Shown piece after piece: positions 39,141-51,892 of a stretch of 64,000 nucleotides of DNA; the first letter of the stretch is position 1, and every line of letters starts with the position of its first letter. Under the pieces are notes generated by a model. The model searched no databases and was not told where the DNA came from. It worked only from the letters and a program-made list of their open reading frames with translations. This DNA comes from Podarcis liolepis. Lineage: Eukaryota. The stretch lies in the NCBI GenBank assembly GCA_965112155.1, contig OZ218106.1, one strand, 5' to 3'. The translations under genes and the position numbers were made by a program.

Positions 39141-39619
39141 TGTTAGCTATGTATCTTTGCCTTAAAGTACAGGATCCCCCCCCTCCACATACACAAATGG
39201 GGGCCCTGATGTGCTCTCAGTCCAGAAGAGTCTCCCCTCAATGTCTGTAATTTGTATCGGGTGAGGGAACTCCCCAACTCCCAGTTAAACCTTTCTTCCT
39301 ATGCAAATTGCAGGCATTCTAGATCAGGATCCTAGCAGGAGACAAAGAGTTAAAGCCCCCAAGCTATCCATGCTAGGGCCTTGATCCAGATCAAGCTCCT
39401 CGCCTGAGTTTCCTGAGCTGAGGAGCTTTCACGTCAACTGTTGCAGTAGGTAGTTATTGTCATAACAAAGGTCTACTTAACGATTACCTCAGTTCATAAT
39501 TATCCAAATTTGGCATTGCTCGCTAGCATTGTCTCCTTGATCTGCATTGCTAAGTCTATAATAAACTTTTGGAACTTAACATGCTTTATATGAGCTGGTT
39601 TTGGATTGGGTTCCTAATA
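39141..39619 (+). mobile_element. Probable solo LTR (479 bp), sense to BLTP1
   Basis: TGTTAG...CTAATA termini (one mismatch from CTAACA), 4-bp TSD ggta, AATAAA at 39560-39565. Confidence 0.55.
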
Positions 39620-39760
39620 GGTACAGATGAAAGCTGGGTTTCAATTAAACCTTTCAAGTGTACAGTTAAAGAATATTTAAATGGAAATTCCATATTCAAT
39701 CACCAGAGTTGAAGGAAGGTGAAATTATACTTTTATATCTGATTCCCCCCCCCCCAACAG

Positions 39761-39911
39761 GCAGCTGAACCTTCTAAGCACAGCAACTCCTGCTGTTGGT
39801 GCTTGGCTTCTTCCTATTGATCAAGTGAAGTCCTCCTTAAACAAATTAGAAACAGAAGGAACGCTACGAGTTTGTGCTGTCATGGGCTGTATAATGACCG
39901 AAGCCTTAGAG
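39761..39911 (+). CDS. BLTP1: BLTP1 exon w36 (QLNLLSTATPAVGAW...IMTEALE)
   Basis: caacag|G...GAG|gtgggt. Confidence 0.95.
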
Positions 39912-41007
39912 GTGGGTGTGTTGTTGATGAATAGATAAACAATTAAGTGCATCACTACTTCCTTTAAAAGTGGTTTAATTTTCAGAAGTGTGTTGGCAGG
40001 CCCTTCTGGGTTCATAGTTGCAAACACTTCTTAGCTCAGTATAGTTTTCCTAGCCTGTTCCTTTGGAATACATGGAATAACCTCATGTATACTATCTTGG
40101 AGGACAAACAGAATGCAAATGCGAATATTATAATGCCGCTCTGGAAATGGATATTGATATTGATATTGGCATCTTTGTCTTTTAAAAATAATTGTACTTC
40201 TACATTCAAATACCTGAACCCTGGAAAGTACTGGAACAGTGCTGAATGCTTTTTTCTGGCCAGATATTAACACTTCTACTGTACTTCTGCATGTGGCTTT
40301 GAACTAGTTATTTGCCTTACAGTAGTTATATCTAGCCCTAATATTTCATTAGTAGGCTATCATATGAAACCAGGCCAAAACATTACTCGATATATCATTA
40401 CATTTTCCATGCATCTCAAATTGTTATTAGGGGTGACCCTTGCAGAAACAGAATGAATGCTTTTTGGTGCTCAGGTGACTTGTATTTTAATTTATTCTGA
40501 TTGCATAATGATTTTCATTACTAATTGCAGTACTTGAGTACTTAGTATTTTGTCATGTACTGATGTGGCTGTGGTAGAAGATGAATACTAGACATGCAAA
40601 TGAATTCAGCCGAAAAGGAGTAAAACCACATGGAAACATCAGCATGGGTCCTATAGGAAGAGATTGAAAGACTAGGGATTTGTACTCGACAAAGAAATTG
40701 TGGGTCCACAAAACATGTTGTTAGGTTTATTTGTTTTCTGTAGTTTTCATATAATGTGAAATGCATAAGAAGTTAAGTTTTGTCAACCTTCTGTTTTAAC
40801 ATCAATCAAAAATAATGAAATATTACAATGTTGCTAAAATGGTAATGTCTTTAAATAGTAAAATCCTAATATAATTCTGTATCTAGGTTTTGGTATATGC
40901 ACAATATGTGCAGGCCTGGTGCTAGATTTGTAATGTGTTGTGTATTGATGTATTCTGATGTATTGAATCAGTGAATTTAATAAATGTAACCACTTTTATA
41001 TGTTCAG

Positions 41008-41160
41008 AACAAAAGCATACACTTTCCTTTAAGAAGCAAGTACAACAGACTGACTAAATTAGCCCGTTACCTACAAGAAAATCCTTCTTGTTTGCTGTGT
41101 AATATACTGCACCACTATCTTCATCAAGCAAACTATTCCATCATTGAAGATGCAACTATG
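41008..41160 (+). CDS. BLTP1: BLTP1 exon w37 (NKSIHFPLRSKY...EDATM)
   Basis: gttcag|AAC...ATG|gtaagc. Confidence 0.95.
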
Positions 41161-41529
41161 GTAAGCTAATTTGTCATGTGTTTACAAATGTATTTAAGTG
41201 GAAGTTGTTTTCTTAAATTTCCTAGCCCAAACCTGTATGTTTTCAAGTGTCTGAATTGCTTTGGCCATGAAGTGTTCTATTGAAATAGCACAGAGACGTT
41301 AATGTGGTAAGATAAAAGGAAAAAATAAACCTTGTTTTCTTTTAATAAAATCAAGAACTTGAAGGTCCATCCCAGCTGGGCTTTTTGTGGGCTAGCTGGT
41401 AGGATCTGTTGTCTGAAAGACGTATGGGTTGGCTCCTTGCATACCCTGGTTGGGTCCCCCTTTTACAGCCTAAAAGTAGTTCCAGTTTTTGAATTTGTTT
41501 TTCGAATGTACTATGTGTTTGTCTTCTAG

Positions 41530-41770
41530 AGTGATGGCCTTCCTGCTCTGGTGACATTAAAGAAAGGTCTCATTGCACTTGCTAGACAGTGGATGAAATT
41601 CATTGTGGTAACGCCAGCCTTCAAAGGGGTGAGTTTACATAGGCCGGCTCAGCCAATGAAACTCCAGTCAACTGTACACCATGAGCAAGAGGATGGCTTT
41701 GGCCTAGACAATGGAGGTGGTCTTCAAAGTGACACGAGTGCTGACGGAGCAGAATTTGAGTTCGATGCAG
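41530..41770 (+). CDS. BLTP1: BLTP1 exon w38 (SDGLPALVTLKKG...EFEFDA)
   Basis: ttctag|AGT...GCAG|gtatct. Confidence 0.95.
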
Positions 41771-42154
41771 GTATCTTTGTATTTCAGCTACACTTTCTCA
41801 GCTTAACTTGCTTCTGTAAATGTATTGTGTCAAACTTTTCTTTTTCTTCTTTCTTCTTTCCCACTCCATAAATGTCCTCTTATTTAATGACTGTCAGTTG
41901 CACAAGCACACATTGGGTTTTATTTTCTTTAAGTTAATCTACTTTGCTTTGGGAATAAATAATAATAATTGCTTCTGTCTTTTCCTTCTGTGTGCTATTG
42001 CATATTTCATTATGGAATGGAATGCTTAAGGCTAGTATATATGTTCCTTGCTTATCCCTAGATAAGGTACTCAACTTAGTTGCTTCACAAGCTGAACTTA
42101 TAGCCTCTAATACGGGAATAGTTAACCTTTTGGGCTATATTCACCTTTGGCCAG

Positions 42155-42244
42155 CCTTCTGTGGGCTGCATGGCAGCAATAGGTGTGACTACGCTGCACT
42201 CAACGTGCACGCACAGGATGCAGAACAGGACAGAAGGCACTCAG
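42155..42244 (+). CDS. BLTP1: Candidate alternative BLTP1 cassette exon (AFCGLHGSNRCDYAALNVHAQDAEQDRRHS)
   Basis: ttcacctttggccag acceptor; 90 nt, phase 1-1 matching the flanking exons, open frame; needs a weak GC donor (CAG|gcagat). Confidence 0.4.
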
Positions 42245-42505
42245 GCAGATACACAGACACACAGACTCTTCCTCTGATCAGTTGAGATGGAGAACATATG
42301 ATTCCCTGCCCTCTCATTAAATGATTGATTTGAAGACTGAAAATTTGCATCCCCATCAGGATGCTGACTGGGTGAAAAGATGTAAGCCCCCAAACTTTGT
42401 CTACTTAATACTTTTCATTTTTGCTACCAAAATTTGTGATCTTGGAGAGCCAGAATAATTTGCTTGGGGCCTGAATCAGGCCCCCAGGCAATTAAGAATC
42501 AAGAA

Positions 42506-42776
42506 TCCAGAGAAGCGGACACGGAGCAATGGATCCAAACTACAAGAAAGAAGATTCCACCTAAACATTAGGAAGAACTTCCTGACAGTAAGAGCTGTTC
42601 GACAGTGGAATTTGCTGCCAAGGAGTGTGGTGGAGTCTCCTCCTTTGGAGGTCTTTAAGCAGAGGCTTGACAACCATATGTCAGGAGTGCTCTGATGGTG
42701 TTTCCTGCTTGGCAGGGGGTTGGACTCGATGGCCCTTGTGGTCTCTTCCAACTCTATGATTCTATGATTCTATGAG
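42506..42776 (+). mobile_element. 5'-truncated CR1 LINE (end of ORF2 plus 3' UTR)
   Basis: Encodes [42 protein letters not shown]-like CR1 C-terminus; (ttctatga)n tail. Confidence 0.92.
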
Positions 42777-44005
42777 ATCTTAGTGTGTAATAATTTAAAA
42801 TATGGTTAGCATGGACAGTTCAGTTCAGTTACATATCTGCTATTGCATTTCTTCTTGCAAATTTATCAGTTTTAACATATTTTGATTTCAACCTACACAG
42901 AAGTGTTGTTTGTGCCATGTGGAATTAATTAGTAGTGGTTATGCAGTCTTTTTCTATTCTTCAGGTATTCCTTTCTCCACACGATTAACATTGCATATAG
43001 AGATAAGCATGTTCTTCCCATCCCTTTCATCCCTGCTCCTTTTGCCTTACATGAGTTGGAGGGTGACTGCAGCTGGAAGCGTATTTTAATTGTGTAGGAT
43101 CCTCGAGTATTTTAAAATCTTGGTTATCCAGGGTTCTAGAGCGTGATGGACCTACATGAGAAGAGCCAGTTCCCTGCTGCAGACAGTTGCTCTACAGTTT
43201 ATACAGGGAGGTGGACGGTTGGATGAATTTTTCTTGTCTCTGCTGTCTCCTGTTCACATTGTTAATGGCATGGAGAAAGTAACACTTGTAAGACGGCTCT
43301 TGTGTTAGGGAAAACTGGGGGGGGGGGGAGGGAATTAATCAAAACGTTTAGAAATGGACAACTATGCTAGAGTGTGCAAGTTGGCAGCAAATATTACACT
43401 TTGGAAGCAAGTACAAACTTATTTAGTATTGGCAGCACCTTCTGAAGCTTTTTAGCCCAACAAGAAAGAAAATATTGCAGTTCTGAACACTAGTCTTGTT
43501 ACCATTATGTAACTATATTGAATTACAATTTTGCTTCCCACACAACTATTGAAAAATGTGTGTATTAGAAAAGACTCAACAAATCGATATTTGTGGTTCT
43601 TAGTAATTTTGCTGTCTCTTAAGTACAATATGAAGAACACTCGTAACAATGCTGCTACATAAAGCTTTTCACTTAGATTGCCATAAATTGACAAAGAAGA
43701 TCTTGATGCAAAGGCAATTGTGAAAAGATCATACAAATGGAAAACTACTTTATAGTTGTGGCAAAGAGACGAGGAAAAAAATGGATGTGAACAGCTCAGT
43801 CTTCAGAAATGCATTATACTCTTTGAAATGTCAACAGGCCTACATTTTAGGGTCTCAAATTGGGTTTAAATCAAATGTCTGCAATTCTGTGTACCAGATG
43901 TAAATGAGCACTTACAGGGCAGCCTAGTAATAAGCATCCTCAATAACCAATAGCCTTGGCTACATTTCTCCTATAATTAATCTGTGCAACTGTTGGGTGT
44001 TTCAG

Positions 44006-44154
44006 CCACTGTCAGTGAACATACAATGCTTCTGGAAGGAACTGGTGCCCGCCCCCCGCCCGCTGGTGTTTCTTCTGGTCCTGTGACAGGGGCTGAGATT
44101 ATGAGGAAATTATCCAAGACTCATACACATAGTGATTCTGGTCTTAAAATAAAG
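44006..44154 (+). CDS. BLTP1: BLTP1 exon w39 (ATVSEHTMLLEG...DSGLKIK)
   Basis: tttcag|CC...AAG|gtaaaa. Confidence 0.95.
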
Positions 44155-44715
44155 GTAAAACTGCTTTATTCTTAAAACGAGGAGGAGATCGGATATAAAA
44201 CAAGCCACTTTGTGAAGTGCCTTCCCCGGCATCAAATGTAGCTTCATTGAGGTTTCACAGAGAGGAGTTGATTCAGAAAACCATACTCTGAAGCTCTTCT
44301 CCATTCTTTAAAGCGGGTGAGGGCTGTGGGGTGAGTGTGAGGAAATATGCAAGCAGGTGGGTGAGGTGTAAAGGGGTGGGGGTTTGTCATGTATAAAGAG
44401 AGGAGGGGTTGGCAAAGGCGTTGTGGCAAGCAGAATGACTAGGGGCAGCAGCGCTTAAAAGTTACAAATAAATAAAAACCTCAAAAGAATTTATATATAT
44501 ATATATTACCATCTGATCTTAACTGTGTTTACTGAGAATTCAGACCTACTGATGTCTAGCTATGTCTTGGGCTGCAATCCAAGCTATGCTTTGGGCTGTA
44601 ATTTACAGGAATTGACGCTTCCTCTGGTTCTAATTGGTGTGACTTGTACATAAATAAACATGTGCAGGAGCTGACTGTTGGTGGACTTACTGCGATGCCT
44701 ATGTTTACATTTCAG

Positions 44716-44935
44716 GGTATCCATCCATATCACTCCCTGAGCTACACCAGTGGAGATACAGCTACAGACTCTCCGGTACATGCTGGTCGTTCTGGGCTGC
44801 TTACCAAAGAAAGTCCAAGAAAAGAGAGCCTACTCAGCTACTTGACAGGAAGCTTTCCTAGCCTACACAATCTCTTGGAAGGGACCCCTCAAAGAAGTGC
44901 TGCAGCCCCTAAAAGTAATTCTTTAACAAGAGCAG
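44716..44935 (+). CDS. BLTP1: BLTP1 exon w40 (GIHPYHSLSY...SLTRA)
   Basis: tttcag|GGT...GCAG|gtacag. Confidence 0.95.
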
Positions 44936-45312
44936 GTACAGAATGCTTGTATTATGGTTCAGTTCTAGCCGTGAAAGCGTTGATTGATAGCTTAATTTCA
45001 CAAAATTGATGTTGCTCTACTTGTTGCCTTCCAATAGCCCAGACACTAAGGTTGATGTTCTTTCCTCCTTAAGTGTAAGATGTCCTCAGGTGGGATGTAT
45101 GCTACCCCGAGTGCTTGAAGGCAGGAACACTGTTGTTTCAAAGGACATGCTCATTTTCTCTGAAGCCTCATTCTTGTCTTTTCTTGAAAGTGGACAGTGA
45201 ATTCCACTCTTTCTCTTCCTTCTCTGCTCCTCAAATGTCTAAATTTTTGTGTCTTCTGTTTGTGCATAGTTGAGATAGTATTGTGTATTATTATTAATTA
45301 TTATTAGTTATA

Positions 45313-45694
45313 GGGAGCAGGTGGTGCTGTGGTCGAAACCACTGAGCCTCTTGGGCTTGCCGATCGGAAGGTTGGTGGTTCGAATCCACACGACGGGGTG
45401 AGCTCCCATTGCTCTGTCCCAGGTTCTGCCAGCCTAGCAGTACAAAAGTATGCCAATGCAAGTAGATAAATAGGTACTCCTGTGGTGGGAAGCTAAGCGG
45501 CCTTTCTGTGCTCTCTGGCACTCGTCAAAGTGTCCCTTTGCACCAGAAGCAGTTTAGTCATGCTGGCCACATGAGCAGGAAAGCTATCTGTGGACAAACG
45601 CCAGCTTCCTTGGCCTGAAAAGCAAGATGAACGCTGCACCCCATGGTTGCCTTTGACTGGACTTAACCATCCAGGGGTCCTTTACCTTTTACTT
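45313..45694 (+). mobile_element. Sauria SINE, older diverged copy
   Basis: Aligns to the 6768 copy with CpG decay; B box ggttcgaatcc; cctttacctttt tail. Confidence 0.9.
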
Positions 45695-46696
45695 TATTAT
45701 TTGTCCTCAATGGACACGATTTTATAGCTTGGGTTTTTTTTGGTCTTTCCCCCTTCAGTAGTTTGATAGTTGTTTGCTCTTCTCAGGGACTTCGCTTTGT
45801 GACATACTTGTAGCACATCACCTGTTAGTGGTGATGTGTCCTGACCCTCTGAAGTCTTCCCATTGCTTTCTTCAGCTCATATTCCACTTGAGGACATCTT
45901 TACACTCCTGTAAAGGCCAACGTTCCCTTTGTCCTTTGGAGAAAGACTCAGCAAGGGCTAGACAAAAAAATCACCTCCCTCTTCTTTCATAGTTCCTATT
46001 GAAATAGCATTATATTACCTAGCTCAAACACTACTGCAAAGATATATTAAGAAAAGGAAAGACCTAAAGCATTTTAACTTTATCAGTAGTAACTGAGACT
46101 AATAAGGAAATGCTAGCTGCCTCCTAGTCTGTTCCTCAGACAAATCTTCCTTCCAAGAAAGGTCTTCAGTGAAGAATTCACTCTAATGACTGGAGCATTG
46201 TTTAATGAACAAGTAGAAGTCTTATTTTTGCAACCTTATTTTTAATGCTCTGTTGACGGTTACTGATGTTCAACAATAGAAATGTGTGCACAGATTTTTA
46301 CATAGTTAAAATGTACAGCTAGTTTTAAGCACACTAGTTAGCACCAATGCGTTTCTCTGTAAAAGAGCAGAAGAGAATAATAGTGAAGAATTTTCAGAGG
46401 CAGGAGGATAAAATATTAATACCTTCAGATCAGTTACATACTGATAAACGTGTTCATTTAAGCACAGGAAGGAAAGGACTGTTAGCTCAGTGAGAGGTAT
46501 GGGCAAATGTCTTCTTCCCTCCTCTTCATTCCCAAATTGTGATGTTTTTATTTAACAAGAGCTTTCAAGCTGACATTCTCTGTGTGCTTTGAAATATTTT
46601 TCTGTCTGTCAGAAGTTGAAAAATATATCACAAGTATAACTACAGAACCCACGTTTTATGGTACATGAAGTGGTCAGTTGTTATTTTATATCCTAG

Positions 46697-46855
46697 TGAA
46701 CACCATGCCCTCTGAAATGTTATCTGAACATCCTTTATTATCGGAACCATCATCTGTGAGTTTCTATAACTGGATGTCAAATGCTGTGGGCAACAGAGGA
46801 AGTGTGGCTCAAGAGTCCCCCGTCACCAAATCTGCACACAATAGTCTGCCAACAG
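46697..46855 (+). CDS. BLTP1: BLTP1 exon w41 (VNTMPSEMLSEHP...NSLPT)
   Basis: tcctag|TG...ACAG|gtactg. Confidence 0.95.
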
Positions 46856-47054
46856 GTACTGATCGGAAATTCAGTGTTTGCTTGAATATTGACTATTGTA
46901 TGCAGTTCTTATGAAATACTTAAGGAGCTGACTGTTCATTTAGAAATAATCTTCTTTGGTTGCTAACTGAATCTGATAAATTTCAGGCATGGGCTGCTAC
47001 ATTCAGACAAAGTAGAAACATAAGTTGGAGCGAGCTTCTTTTTTCCTGCTCTAT

Positions 47055-47247
47055 AGGGTGGGACTCAATGGCTTCAAGTTACAATAAATGAGATTCCAAA
47101 TAAACATCAGGAAGGTTGTGGACTCTCATTTGAGGTTTTTAAGCAGAGGTTGGATGGTCATCTGTCATAGATGCTTTAGTTGAGATTCCTGCCTTTCAGA
47201 AGATTACCCTCAGAGTCTCTTCCAACGCTACAATTCTATGAGTCTAA
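47055..47247 (+). mobile_element. Decayed CR1 3' fragment
   Basis: gaggtttttaagcagaggttggatgg...cttccaacgctacaattctatga. Confidence 0.75.
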
Positions 47248-47525
47248 GAGTCCTTCTGAATTGAATACTGATTTATCCCGTCCAGTATTACATTCCCAGC
47301 AGAGCTCACTAGATACTTCCAGAAACCCACTAGCAGGGCGTCCCTCATTGTTTGCTCCCCAACATCTGGTTTTCAGAGATATGCCATCTGTGAACATGAA
47401 GTTGCTATCAAGGCCATGGGTTGTGGAAAAACCAGAATGGCAACTTCAGGCATTTGATTTCCTGAAGAAAGGCCAGCCATTAATTCCCCTTCTCAAAAAT
47501 AAAAGGGTGAAGACAAAGCAGTTAT

Positions 47526-47570
47526 TAGAATCTTAGAATTGTAGAGTTGGAAAGGGACCCTTAGGGTCAC
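47526..47570 (-). mobile_element. CR1 tail fragment
   Basis: tagaatcttagaattgtagagttggaaagggaccc is the reverse complement of the CR1 tail. Confidence 0.65.
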
Positions 47571-47920
47571 GTGATATTTGTGTCAAGATGTTTTGCTTTG
47601 CCAAATGATCGGAGACTTAAGGCCATTTATCATGCTGTCCTTCTAAACAAAGGTGGTACAGACTCCAGGCACTAAAGGATATAGTTTTTAAATCTGATTT
47701 TCACCAGCTGGAATACAGCTTGCGGGTGGTAATTTTCATACTTCAGTTCCTCCTCCTCTGTGAGTAGATGATATGCCAGCTGAAACTGGTGCTGTATCAT
47801 AAAAATGTCTCTCTTCCCTGACTTGAATTTAATTCTCCTCTTGCTCAGTAAACTATACAGCTTTACATATTTTAGCACTACATATGCTGCTGGATAATTA
47901 ATGCAGGAACTATTTTGTAG

Positions 47921-48096
47921 GGGTAGCTCCAAATCTTCCGACTATACCGTCAGCATCTGACTTCAATACAGTATTGTCCAGTGATCAGAACACATTGGAT
48001 GGTACACATTCACAGCACAGTACGAGTCAGGATGACATTGCTGGAATCGAGGAAGGTAACCAGGGATTTCCTGCAGTTCAACTTGCAGATGCCCAG
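47921..48096 (+). CDS. BLTP1: BLTP1 exon w42 (GVAPNLPTIPS...VQLADAQ)
   Basis: ttgtag|GG...CAG|gtgagt. Confidence 0.95.
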
Positions 48097-49410
48097 GTGA
48101 GTGTTTTGCCTTTAAAACTGGAGGATAAATAACTTATCCAAGAAACCAAAGAAGGAGCTAAAATAGTTACCCCAGTGTCCAATTATGGTAACATTTTAGC
48201 TGCTCCAGTATTTCATTTCCCCCCTAACCTATAAAAGGTTCTTTCTCTGAATCAATTTGTGATGTCTCACCAGCATCTCATTATGAAATGACAACCTTTG
48301 AAATGAGTAATAATTATATCTTGCCATCCCAGAATTACTGAAGGCATATCACACACTGCTGATATTGGGCCATGAGAGCAGTAGGCCACTGAACTGAGTT
48401 GAGTCTGGCAGCTCTCCTAAGCAGAGAATGGAAGGCACATTTGCACATACATAGACAGCATTGATCTAGACCAGCGCTTCCCACTGTGTGAGCTATAGAC
48501 CCCTGGGGTGTAGCGGAGTTATCTCACAGGGTTTACAGATTACAAGGGCACGGGGAAAGAGAGAGAGAGATTATGGCCCCTAACTATCAGGTATTTTCCT
48601 CAGGAGGAGCTGGACAGAAACTGAACATCAGGGACCTCATCCAAAAGTAGGGTGGAGGAGGGAGAGGGTGACTGCTGGCACAAATCCCACTGCTGCCACA
48701 GCAATAGCCAGTTCTCATGCCTGGATGCTGGGTCTCCTGCAGTAGTGGCAGATGCGCAGGGCAGGTACTGTTTGTGCTAGGCTCTTTCTGATGTCAGCAT
48801 GGCAGCGAGGTAGCGAGCCCCCTTTCTTCTTTAACCCCTCCTTAATCCTTCCTTGAAAGGTGGCATTATTCATACCCTCGTGGCAGGCTAACCTGGAGCG
48901 AGAGGCTGTGTGGCACAGAGACATCATACAGGGGATGTGGTTCATGGACACTTGCACCAACCTGACTCAAAACATGGACCCTCATGGGCAGGGCAACCAC
49001 CCATTTTATTGGGGCCGCTTTTCTCATCAAGGTTACTGCCATGTTCTTGAACTTGCCTGTCCTGGACCAACACCTGGTGGAATTCCCTGGTTCAGGGAGG
49101 GGTTTGTCACAGTCTCCTGCTCAAACGAAGGGTTTTTTGCCATATTATACTCGAATGGAGAGGGAATTCACATCAAAGAAAGAGAGGAACAGAGAGCACT
49201 TGTGTCTTGAGCCTGGTTTTTTACAAACGTATGTTTTTCTTTCTGATTTGGACTACACACTGATTTGAACACTCTATATTATCCCGATAATACTGTCATT
49301 TTGAAATGCTTAAAGTATGAGAGGTGCTTTTAAGATTGCAACTATGTTTTCTGCAGGTGTTGAGCAATTTTTATAGCTCTAAAGAAATAACTTGATTCTA
49401 TTTTTAATAG

Positions 49411-49586
49411 GTTGTTTTCAAACCACTCCTAAGCCACACAGGAATTCAGTCTCAGGATGCAGCACCACTGTGCTACAGGATGTACTTTGGAGAGCATCTT
49501 TCATTCTCAGGGACTCTGGATTGCCTTAGGGCAGATATTGTGGATTCAGATACAGCAAAAGAGAGGAGAAGCAAAAGAGCCCGAAG
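49411..49586 (+). CDS. BLTP1: BLTP1 exon w43 (VVFKPLLSHTG...SKRARR)
   Basis: taatag|GTT...CGAAG|gtatag. Confidence 0.95.
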
Positions 49587-49948
49587 GTATAGTAGTCAAG
49601 TTACACGAATCCATTCAGCATTAAAGAGCATGAACATATTGCTTAATTACTTCATTCTATTCTATTCTGTCTGCTTTCTTTTTTCTTTTTTCTTAACTAG
49701 TCAAAAATAATTTAATCCTAGACTTTAAGGAAATTATGAACTGAAAGCTAGTTACAATTGCAGCTTTTAAATTTTAACCTTAGAATAGATGCGTTTAAAA
49801 CATTAGGCTGCTTTGGTGGGTAAAATGCCCATCAACAGAAGCTTACAAGCAAAACAGTGCAAAATTTAAAACTTAACAGTTTGAGTCAGTATGTGACACT
49901 GAGTTCCTTGAGAGTGTCAGCAATCACATAGATACTTGTATACGTATA

Positions 49949-50138
49949 CAGTCATACCTCAGAAGTCGAACGGAATCCGTTCCAGAAGTTCATTCGACTT
50001 CCAAAATGTTTGGAAGCCGCTTCAGACGTTCAGGTTCCAAAGAACGTTCACAAACTGAAACACTCACTTCCGGGTTTGTGGGGTTCGGGAGCCAAAATGT
50101 TCAAGTCGCAAGGCATTCGTCAACCCAAGGTACAACTG
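49949..50138. mobile_element. Tc1/mariner (Tigger-like) MITE
   Basis: TA|cagtcatacctc...aaggtacaactg|TA. Confidence 0.8.
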
Positions 50139-50151
50139 TACTGAATTAGAC

Positions 50152-50294
50152 TATTGGTCTATTTAGCTCAGTATTGTCTAAACTGATGTACAATTGCTCT
50201 CCAGTGTTCAGGCTTTCCTTAAGATGCCAGAGATTGAAGCTGGGACCTTCTGTATTTGAAACATTTGCTCTACCATTGAACTATGGCTCTTCCC
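50152..50294 (-). mobile_element. Old tRNA-derived SINE (Squam2-like)
   Basis: Minus strand gggaagagccatagttcaatggtagagca...agaaggtcccagcttcaatctctggcatc is a tRNA head with A/B boxes; family name tentative. Confidence 0.65.
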
Positions 50295-50398
50295 TAATAT
50301 CTTAAACAAAATATACGAAGGGATAGTCTTCAAAAGGAGAATGATTTTAACATTTAGCTGTTGCAGAATCTTAAAAATGTTTTGTATTTCTTTCTTAG

Positions 50399-51105
50399 GC
50401 AAGGAGCAGTCAATCTTCCTCCCCTTGAATTCAAACCAGCGTTAATGTTGGAAACTTTTAGCATCAGTGCTGTTATAATGGAGAAGTCAGTGAGCACACC
50501 TCAAAACTCCACCAATGCCCTTGCTTTTCATGACTTTAACAAACGTCATTATAGCACCTTCCATTGCAATTTTACAATCTCATGTCAGTCTATAAGCCAG
50601 CATGTAGATATGGCACTGGTTCGTCTTATTCATCAGTTCAGTACCATGATAGATGACATCAAAGCTACGCAGACAGACATCAAACTCAGCAGATACACGG
50701 CTGGTTCAGCTTCTCCAACGCCCACCTTCAAAACCCGCAAACACAGAGATTTCCGTTCCTCTGACTTCAGTCGCAGCTCTCGCGGGAGTCTCAATGGTGT
50801 CAACAGAGTGAACAATGCAAAAAACAAGCGATCGAACAATGAGAACAATAAAAGAGAATCTCGAAACAAAAATTCACTTGGGAGATCAGAAAGAAGAACT
50901 TCTAAAGTATCCAGGAAAGGTTCAAAGGATGTTGTTGATCATGTGACCATTCATATGGACGACTCTGATTCAATTACAGTGTCAGAGCAGAGTGAACCTT
51001 CTGCAGAGTGCTGGCAAAATATGTATAAACTGTTGAACTTTTATTCTCTTATATCTGATCCAACAGGGATTTTAGAAAAATCTTCTGAAACATTTTATCC
51101 AGCAG
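50399..51105 (+). CDS. BLTP1: BLTP1 exon w44 (707 nt; QGAVNLPPLEFK...ETFYPA)
   Basis: tcttag|G...GCAG|gtaaga; ORF 50361..51119. Confidence 0.96.
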
Positions 51106-51352
51106 GTAAGAGTTTTTGAAGATACAGAACATGCATAATTCTTAGTTCACACTTACACAGGCTTAATAGGCAAGTCCTTACTACAGTGTATAATATCTAT
51201 ATTGAATTTAGCAGAGTATTACTGCAGTAACTGCCCTGATAGCATTTATGCATAGGTGTAGCATGTGAATCTTTTGATGACTAAAGTAATTGTAGGTTCT
51301 GGTCTTGTCAATTTTGCCTAAATACTTCCTGATCTGATGCATTTTCTTGTAG

Positions 51353-51598
51353 GTGTTCGGAGCCCTACTGAACCTGCGTGTAGGGTTGCATTTGAAAATG
51401 AGCAGGATAACAGCAGCTTAAGTAGAACACAGAGGAAACGCAGTTTGGTCACATCTGAACCGCAGCATGTGACCCTGATAGTCTTTGGAATAGGCATGGT
51501 AAATCGCACACATCTTGAAGCAGATATTGGTGGGCTAACGATGGAATCAGAACTGAAGAGAATCCATGGCAGTTTCACACTCAAAGAAAAAATGAAAG
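51353..51598 (+). CDS. BLTP1: BLTP1 exon w45 (GVRSPTEP...LKEKMK)
   Basis: ttgtag|GT...AAAG|gtagaa. Confidence 0.95.
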
Positions 51599-51892
51599 GT
51601 AGAAGAATTATCTGTAGAAACATACTTGTTTTGTTGAATTTATATATAATATTTGCCAAGTGTGTGTGATATAATCAGATCGTTTTTGATAATCCTGCTT
51701 TTGCTACTGAAATACACAGTAACAGAGAGAGAGAAAATTCCCAGCCAAACTTAAGTAAGTAGAAAAATCAAATTAAATCAGCGTGGAATATTTATTTAAA
51801 TTAAAATGTTCATAGCATGCCACTGTGGTAGTAAAATTATTTCCAGGTGGTTTAGCTTTTACCACAGTGATAACGATAAATATCTTCTAGCA

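Noticed and set aside
40577-40730. Purine-rich exon-like stretch in intron w36-w37
   Set aside because: Poor acceptor tract, in-frame stop and weak donor.
41771-41780. Donor GTATCTTT resembling the U12 consensus GTATCCTT
   Set aside because: No TTCCTTAAC-like branch point before acceptor 42155 or 44006; treated as U2.
43452-43745. Possible hAT transposase C-terminal remnant and 94-aa antisense ORF
   Set aside because: Resemblance too weak to call without blastx.
50633-51659. Antisense ORFs over exons w44/w45 (and similar ones over other exons)
   Set aside because: Shadow ORFs of the real + strand coding sequence.
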